Assembly (NCBI GenBank): GCA_035473115.1
Contig: DATION010000004.1
Coordinates: 33,126-97,125, forward strand
Length of the DNA: 64,000 nt
DNA from: Candidatus Udaeobacter sp.
GTDB lineage: Bacteria; Patescibacteriota; Patescibacteriia; Magasanikbacterales; GWA2-37-8
Direction: 5' to 3'
Shown: positions 58,365 through 64,000 of the stretch, one piece after another
Layout: each line of letters begins with the position of its first letter
Position numbering within the stretch: the stretch's first letter is position 1
Notes under the pieces: model-generated
The model's database searches: none
What the model saw: only the letters and a program-made list of their open reading frames with translations
What the model was told of the DNA's origin: nothing
Translations under genes and position numbers: made by a program

Positions 58365-58853
58365 ATGTCATCTACAAGGAACCATAGCACTTTTGGGGAA
58401 ATATTGGTCAAGTATTTTGGCCTAAAACTTATCTTTGTCGGCCTGGCAGGTTTCGGATACAGAACTGCTGAATTCCCTGAAGATCGTACTATGTGGGGCA
58501 GTCTGACTGCAATATTCACTTTACTTGGTATTGCTGTACTGCTCTTAGCGCGTTTCCTAAAAAAATACCGGCTCAATAAAGGGACGGCGTTTAACCGCTG
58601 GGAGAGATTTCTTGATACAATGGGACCAGCAATATTTTTTCTCTCAGTTGCGGCTCAAGTGCCAATCGGCATGAATGTTCGCCTCGATATCGTACCGTGG
58701 GTAAGTCTGGGCTGCTACATTGGCGGATGCATGGCCAGCACCTTATTTGTGATATGGGTAACACGGACAAACGTAAAACGCCAGCAAAGAACAATCGCGG
58801 TGGAAGCAATGCTAAGCTCAGCAACTGCCGATCAAAAACGCAAACCTGCGTAA
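58365..58853 (+). CDS. Hypothetical membrane protein (about 4 TM)
   Basis: GAGAGG RBS, hydrophobic segments, downstream hairpins. Confidence 0.55.
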   Translation: MSSTRNHSTFGEILVKYFGLKLIFVGLAGFGYRTAEFPEDRTMWGSLTAIFTLLGIAVLLLARFLKKYRLNKGTAFNRWERFLDTMGPAIFFLSVAAQVPIGMNVRLDIVPWVSLGCYIGGCMASTLFVIWVTRTNVKRQQRTIAVEAMLSSATADQKRKPA

Positions 58854-59032
58854 GAAACTCTTGCCAAATCCTATGGCGCGCTAGTAGCGAAGCGCCAAAC
58901 GGAGGCAAAAAAACAAGTTCGCTACTGATTCAAAAGCAGCTATATAACTAATGGCTGTTTTTGTTTTTAAATTTTACAAAAACCTTTTCTACTGATATTC
59001 TTTTATTACTGCTTACTTAAACAAACATAAAA

Positions 59033-59491
59033 ATGCAGATTATAACTAAATCCCAATCCCAAACCGAACTATTCGGCAAAAACCTGGCCGCCAAACTAAA
59101 AGGCGGTGATATTTTATTATTATCAGGAGAGCTAGGGGCTGGCAAAACTTCTTTGGTCAAAGGTATTGCTGCAGGCTTGGGCATAAAAAATGAAATCACC
59201 AGTCCAACATTTACTTTAATGAATGTTTACCCTGTTAAATCCGGCAAAGCCGGACCGCCTTCAGCGGTATTTAACAGGGTAAATACTCTTGTACATATTG
59301 ATACTTATCGGCTAAAAGACGAGAAAGAATTATCAGAAATCGGCGTGGAAGACTACCTGGGCCAAGCAAATACTATCTGTATTATCGAATGGCCGGAAAA
59401 AATAGCTGACTTATTAAAAAAATACGACACAACTTCAATCACCATTGAACATGGCGAAAAACCGGAAGAAAGAAAAATAATAACTTCTTAA
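59033..59491 (+). CDS. tsaE: tRNA t6A37 biosynthesis ATPase TsaE
   Basis: GELGAGKT, SPTFTL, HIDTYRL, IIEWP. Confidence 0.93.
   Translation: MQIITKSQSQTELFGKNLAAKLKGGDILLLSGELGAGKTSLVKGIAAGLGIKNEITSPTFTLMNVYPVKSGKAGPPSAVFNRVNTLVHIDTYRLKDEKELSEIGVEDYLGQANTICIIEWPEKIADLLKKYDTTSITIEHGEKPEERKIITS
59226..59283. repeat. Y-shaped palindromic element inside tsaE coding sequence
   Basis: 15-bp perfect IR TTTACCCTGTTAAAT/ATTTAACAGGGTAAA enclosing CCGGC-AAA-GCCGG and ACCGC-CTTCA-GCGGT. Confidence 0.8.
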
Positions 59492-59970
59492 CCCAGCCAA
59501 GCGCGCAGTCTAGGGAATTTAGCAGCCACAGGCAAATTATAGAGCCACCTGTCTAAACCCCAAATATGCCCGGCGCGAAAACTGGCCAATACCAAGAGTC
59601 CGGCCATATAAATAATATGTTCATCAACCAAAAATGCATGCTGGCCAACCAGAGGAAAATTTAAAATTGGCAGATAAAATAAAAACATTAGCGCCATTCC
59701 CAAATAAGAACTGAGACGAACCAGCAAACCCAATACCAGAGACAGACCAAGCAGAAGTAATCCCCACTTCACCATAAATTCCACGATCGGCAAAACTTGC
59801 GGATTTAAAAACCACTCATACAACCAAACAAAACTTTTGGCGCTTTTTATATAACCAGCAGCTGAAAATTTTGGGTCTAAAACATCACCAATACCGACAT
59901 AAAGATACATCCAGCCCATTAACACTCGTAAAATAAATACCGAAGCCAGACGTGGTTTTGACATTGACAT
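59488..59970 (-). CDS. DoxX family membrane protein
   Basis: LRVLMGW, G..LVLGLLVR, GLD motif. Confidence 0.78.
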   Translation of the reverse strand: MSMSKPRLASVFILRVLMGWMYLYVGIGDVLDPKFSAAGYIKSAKSFVWLYEWFLNPQVLPIVEFMVKWGLLLLGLSLVLGLLVRLSSYLGMALMFLFYLPILNFPLVGQHAFLVDEHIIYMAGLLVLASFRAGHIWGLDRWLYNLPVAAKFPRLRAWLG

Positions 59971-60032
59971 AAGCTGGGTTAAAAATTAAACACTTATATT
60001 ATACCTGGTTAGGCTTAATTGGTAAAATTATT

Positions 60033-62270
60033 TTAAATAATCTTTTTTCGTTTGAGAAGAAGTGAATTTGAAACCACTGAAACAGAGCTGCTAGCCATAG
60101 CCACGGAAGCAAAGATCGGATTAAGCAAAATATGAAACAATGGATAAAGCGCACCCATCGCTACTGGAATAAGAATAATATTGTAGGCAAAAGCCCAAAA
60201 TAGATTCATTTTAATTGTGCGCATAGTTTTCTTGGAAAGCACAATTGCGGCCGCTACTGAACGCAGATCTTTATTAATCAAAGTTATATCAGCCGCTTCA
60301 ATAGCCACATCAGTACCGCTACCCATCGCAATCCCCACATCAGCCGCAGCCAAAGCTGGCGCATCATTTATGCCGTCACCCACCATGGCCACCACTTTAC
60401 CTTCGGCCTGAATTTTTTTCACTTCCGCTTCTTTTTGATCTGGCAATACTTCGGCCAACACTCGGCTGATGCCTAATTTTACGGCAATCGCGCTGGCAGT
60501 GCGCTCATTATCACCGGTAATCATGACGGATTCAATTCCTAATGCTTTTAAAGCAGCCAAACCATCTTTGGCAGTATCCTTAACCACATCAGCCACGGCA
60601 ATCAAACCAACTAGCACACCATCAGCAGCTAGCGCCATCACAGTCTTGCCATCATTTTCTAATTTAATAATCTGATTATTTTGTTCACTGCCAATAACAA
60701 TTTTTTCTCGTTCCATCAGCCGCCGATTGCCAAAATAAATTTTTTTACCGTCAATATTTCCTTCCACGCCATGACCGGCAATAGCCTGAAACCCTTCAAC
60801 TTTGCTCGGGGTAAGTTTTTCTCCTTCAGCTTTTTTAACAATTGCTTCGGCCAAAGAATGTTCTGATCCCTTTTCAATTGAAGCGGCCAAACGCAATAAT
60901 TCTTCGCTCTTTAAATTATTAACCGAAATTATATCTGTCACCTCCGGCTTGCCAACTGTGAGTGTTCCGGTTTTATCAAAAACAATTGTATTAATTTTAT
61001 GGGCTGTTTCCAAACTGGCTGCATCTTTAATTAAAATTCCATGTTCCGCGCCTTTGCCAGTGCCAACCATAATGGCGGTTGGCGTTGCCAAACCCATGGC
61101 GCATGGACAGGCAATAATTAGTACCGCCACAGTATTTAAAATAGCCAGTAAAATTCCTTGATCGACGGGGCCAAAGTTATACCACAAAACAAAAGTCGCC
61201 ACGGCCAACATAATAACTATTGGCACAAAATAGGAAGAAATTAAATCGGCAATCCGCTGAATCGGCGCTTTGCTTCCCTGCGCTTCCTGAACCAGTTTAA
61301 TAATTTGCGCCAACATAGTTTGCTCACCAACTTTGGCAGCCGTAAAAGTAAACGTGCCGGTTTTATTTATAGTTGCTCCCACCACATTATCGCCTTTGGC
61401 TTTATCAGTCGGAATGCTTTCTCCGGTAACCATTGATTCATCTACCGAAGACTCACCTTCAATAATAACACCATCAACCGGAATTTTTTCTCCCGGCCGC
61501 ACGCGAATAATATCGCCGATCATAACTTGGCCAAGTGGAATATCTGTTTCTTGGCCATTTCGAACTACCCGCGCCGTTTTGGCTTGCAAACCGATTAATT
61601 TTTTAATAGCTTCGGAAGTGCCGGCTTTGGCTCTGGCTTCAAAATAACGGCCAAGCAAAATTAAGCCAATAATAATTGTACTGACATCAAAATATGGCAT
61701 TGCTTCAATCCCCGCTCTTTGCACCACTGCTGGCATAAGAGTTACAAAAGTTGAATAACCAAAAGCTACGGTTGTTCCCATCGCTACCAACGTATCCATA
61801 TTGGCGCTGCGATGTTTGAGTGAAGAAATGGCAGCCCGATAAAATCCAAACCCAGCCCAAAACTGCACGGGCAGAGCCAACAATAATTGCACTAAAAAAT
61901 TTTGTAAAAATATTGGCGCGGTTTTTGCCAGTCCCGGAAAACTTCCCCAAAGTATTAAGCCGCCCAAAACCAAACTGACAATTACTTTTATTTTTAAATC
62001 ACGCAATTCTTTTTGTTTCTCTAATTGTTCTTCATCAACAGTTGCAGTATCCTGGCCGAGCATGGCCTGGTAACCGGCGCCAGCAACAGCTTCTTTTAAA
62101 TGAACATCACTGACAATTTGCGGATCATAAACAACAGTCGCTTTTTCGGTCGCCAAATTTACATTTGCCTGACTAATGCCACTCACCTGTTTTAATGCCC
62201 GTTCCAATAAAACAACGCATGAAGCGCAATGCATGCCTTTGATAGAAAAAGTTTTTTTAGATTCAGGCAT
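60033..62270 (-). CDS. copA: Copper-translocating P1B ATPase
   Basis: [34 protein letters not shown]. Confidence 0.93.
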   Translation of the reverse strand: MPESKKTFSIKGMHCASCVVLLERALKQVSGISQANVNLATEKATVVYDPQIVSDVHLKEAVAGAGYQAMLGQDTATVDEEQLEKQKELRDLKIKVIVSLVLGGLILWGSFPGLAKTAPIFLQNFLVQLLLALPVQFWAGFGFYRAAISSLKHRSANMDTLVAMGTTVAFGYSTFVTLMPAVVQRAGIEAMPYFDVSTIIIGLILLGRYFEARAKAGTSEAIKKLIGLQAKTARVVRNGQETDIPLGQVMIGDIIRVRPGEKIPVDGVIIEGESSVDESMVTGESIPTDKAKGDNVVGATINKTGTFTFTAAKVGEQTMLAQIIKLVQEAQGSKAPIQRIADLISSYFVPIVIMLAVATFVLWYNFGPVDQGILLAILNTVAVLIIACPCAMGLATPTAIMVGTGKGAEHGILIKDAASLETAHKINTIVFDKTGTLTVGKPEVTDIISVNNLKSEELLRLAASIEKGSEHSLAEAIVKKAEGEKLTPSKVEGFQAIAGHGVEGNIDGKKIYFGNRRLMEREKIVIGSEQNNQIIKLENDGKTVMALAADGVLVGLIAVADVVKDTAKDGLAALKALGIESVMITGDNERTASAIAVKLGISRVLAEVLPDQKEAEVKKIQAEGKVVAMVGDGINDAPALAAADVGIAMGSGTDVAIEAADITLINKDLRSVAAAIVLSKKTMRTIKMNLFWAFAYNIILIPVAMGALYPLFHILLNPIFASVAMASSSVSVVSNSLLLKRKKII

Positions 62271-62281
62271 ACTATTTTTAA

Positions 62282-62641
62282 TTATTTAACAATTAATTTT
62301 CCATGAAACATATTCATGCCGCAGACAAATTCATACTCCCCTGCTTTTTCTGGCTTTAATTCTATAGAAACAGTTTGATTAAGCGGCAAAAATTTACGAA
62401 TTTTAAATTCCGGTATCAATACTTCTTCCAAACAACTGGACGGATCTTTGCGCGTAAACTGCAGAGTAGTTATTTTTCCTTGAGCAATAGAAATTACGCT
62501 TGGCGAGTAACCGCCATCAACTACTATATCTACCACATCACCAGCAGTAACCGCTTTTTCTTTTTTCATCAAGAAAAACCAGTAGATAAAAATAATAATG
62601 CCAACGCCGACAACAGTAACAATAATACTATTTGGTTGCAT
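62282..62641 (-). CDS. Membrane-anchored cupredoxin-domain copper chaperone (CupA-like)
   Basis: N-term [20 protein letters not shown]. Confidence 0.8.
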   Translation of the reverse strand: MQPNSIIVTVVGVGIIIFIYWFFLMKKEKAVTAGDVVDIVVDGGYSPSVISIAQGKITTLQFTRKDPSSCLEEVLIPEFKIRKFLPLNQTVSIELKPEKAGEYEFVCGMNMFHGKLIVK

Positions 62642-62666
62642 ATTGTAGTTATTTAATAATTAAGCA

Positions 62667-62760
62667 ATAAATATTTTTGCTTTTCGCCGCGAGGACGCTT
62701 GCGTGCCGTGCGATTATTGCGGGCGTGCGCACCCACAGCCAGAAAAGTAAAAATATTTAT
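62667..62760. repeat. AT-rich long-stem palindromic element with GC-rich head
   Basis: ATAAATATTTTTGCTTTTC / GAAAAGTAAAAATATTTAT 19-bp IR (one G.T) around GC-rich hairpins. Confidence 0.65.
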
Positions 62761-62771
62761 AATAAAAACTA

Positions 62772-63998
62772 CTACTCTGTTACAATAAATTTACCGCGAT
62801 ACATTCCCATAGAGCAAGAAAATGGAATTTCCCCGGTTTCATTTGGTGTAAAATTAATAATATTTTCTCCGGAACGCAGTGATTTGCTGATGCCATATTT
62901 TGGCACAACCAAATAAGCGGCGCACGACAAAGAAGTTTCCGAATTAATTATCCATTTAACCGGTTGGTCTTTTTTTATAGTCAAAATATTTGGCGAATAA
63001 CCGGTGCGGCCTTGAGTCATGCGCACTTCTTGAGCGTTCTGATCAGCCACTACAACTGCAGCTTGTTTATCGACCCGCTTGCCAAATAAACGAGCCCCAT
63101 TACTTATATTAAATAACCCCAAAACAATTACCGTTAATCCTGCAACCATAAAAAATAACCGCGCCTTTCGGCCTTTAAATACAGAAGTCAAACCGCCAAT
63201 GCCCAAGAGTCCAGGCGCAGTGCCAATCGCAAACAAGCCCATAATAGCCATGCCTTGCCAGAAACTACCGGTAGAAACAGCATACAACTGCATCGCTTGG
63301 GTAAATCCGCACGGCAAAAAAAATGTCAACACGCCCATTACTATCGCTCCTTTATGACTATACTCTTTTACTTCTTTGTTCAAGCCAAAAAATTTGGCAA
63401 TGCCCGAGGGCAAAGTAATACTTTTATCGCGCAACGCCGGAAAAATTTCTATCAACTTGAGACCAAAAAATACCATTACCCCGCCAATTATTACCGTTAA
63501 TACTCCAAGCAAATTATTTGCTGGTTTAAACGCTTGACCAATCAAACCTACAAAACCGCCTAAAACAGCAAAACCTACAATTCTGCCAAGGTTAAAAAAT
63601 ATATGCGGACGAAATTTTTGCGCTGCTGTAGCTTCTGGGTGCTGTTCGGCATGTCGTGCCGCCAAACTAAGAACCAAACCGCCAACTAGTGCCATGCAAG
63701 TTGAGACTCCGGCCACCAGCCCAACCAAAAGCGCCACCATCACACCGGAATTTGGCGCGTTAAAACCTAGATCAAACATACCAAATAACCTGGCAACCAA
63801 ATAAATTATTAAAAAGATTCCCAATGCTATCGCTAAATCTTTATAATCGGCCAGACTGCGAGAAATCCAAGGCAATTTATCTTTTTTGCCAACTTCATAA
63901 CCAGCATCTTTAACCGCTTTAATAAGATCTTCATCATTTATATTTACTGTTTCCGGATATTCAATCGTGGCCAAAGATTTTTTTTGACTAACACGAAC
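62772..63998 (-). CDS. HMA + DsbD_2/TauE-like membrane domain + cupredoxin fusion (5' end beyond window)
   Basis: STCMALVGG, FFLPCGF, FSCSMGMYRG; frame stays open to the window end. Confidence 0.8.
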   Translation of the reverse strand, partial: VRVSQKKSLATIEYPETVNINDEDLIKAVKDAGYEVGKKDKLPWISRSLADYKDLAIALGIFLIIYLVARLFGMFDLGFNAPNSGVMVALLVGLVAGVSTCMALVGGLVLSLAARHAEQHPEATAAQKFRPHIFFNLGRIVGFAVLGGFVGLIGQAFKPANNLLGVLTVIIGGVMVFFGLKLIEIFPALRDKSITLPSGIAKFFGLNKEVKEYSHKGAIVMGVLTFFLPCGFTQAMQLYAVSTGSFWQGMAIMGLFAIGTAPGLLGIGGLTSVFKGRKARLFFMVAGLTVIVLGLFNISNGARLFGKRVDKQAAVVVADQNAQEVRMTQGRTGYSPNILTIKKDQPVKWIINSETSLSCAAYLVVPKYGISKSLRSGENIINFTPNETGEIPFSCSMGMYRGKFIVTE

Positions 63999-64000
63999 GC

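Noticed and set aside
3706-63500. Many 60-184 aa plus-strand ORFs opposite the minus-strand genes
   Set aside because: Fully antisense to well-supported CDSs, with no motifs
60033-63998. Copper operon as a novel system
   Set aside because: CopA + CupA-like + DsbD_2/cupredoxin arrangement is a familiar copper-homeostasis module

Overview
AT-rich bacterial chromosomal window, almost entirely minus-strand coding. Housekeeping content (ftsW, rpmA, murG, rpoD with a basic N-terminal extension, dnaG, CCA-adding enzyme, pilT, tsaE), tRNAs without encoded CCA and a scarcity of Shine-Dalgarno sites suggest a Patescibacteria/CPR genome (inference). About 44 kb (2292-46454) is one very large surface-glycan locus: many GT2/GT4/GT-C transferases, a flippase, an O-antigen-ligase/OTase-like protein and at least three unusual sugar-nucleotide modules. 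(1) A nearly complete lincosamide-like GDP-heptose/octose set: transaldolase, GmhA, HddA, GmhB, nucleotidyltransferase, epimerase, a UGDH paralog lacking the catalytic Cys, a Gfo/Idh/MocA oxidoreductase and an SDR. (2) A CDP-3,6-dideoxyhexose route coupled to DmpF/DmpG and a YerE-like ThDP enzyme (erwiniose-type branched sugar). (3) A C-methyltransferase fused to a UDP-glucuronate-decarboxylase domain. Non-coding signals include a promoter-driven non-canonical tRNA-like RNA, a family of strand-specific tandem G.A hairpins abutting start codons, Y-shaped palindromic elements (one inserted in frame in tsaE), and two GC-rich single genes that share the same upstream terminator/promoter/leader module. 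No CRISPR array, transposase or phage genes were seen. All calls are from motif reading only; no searches were run.
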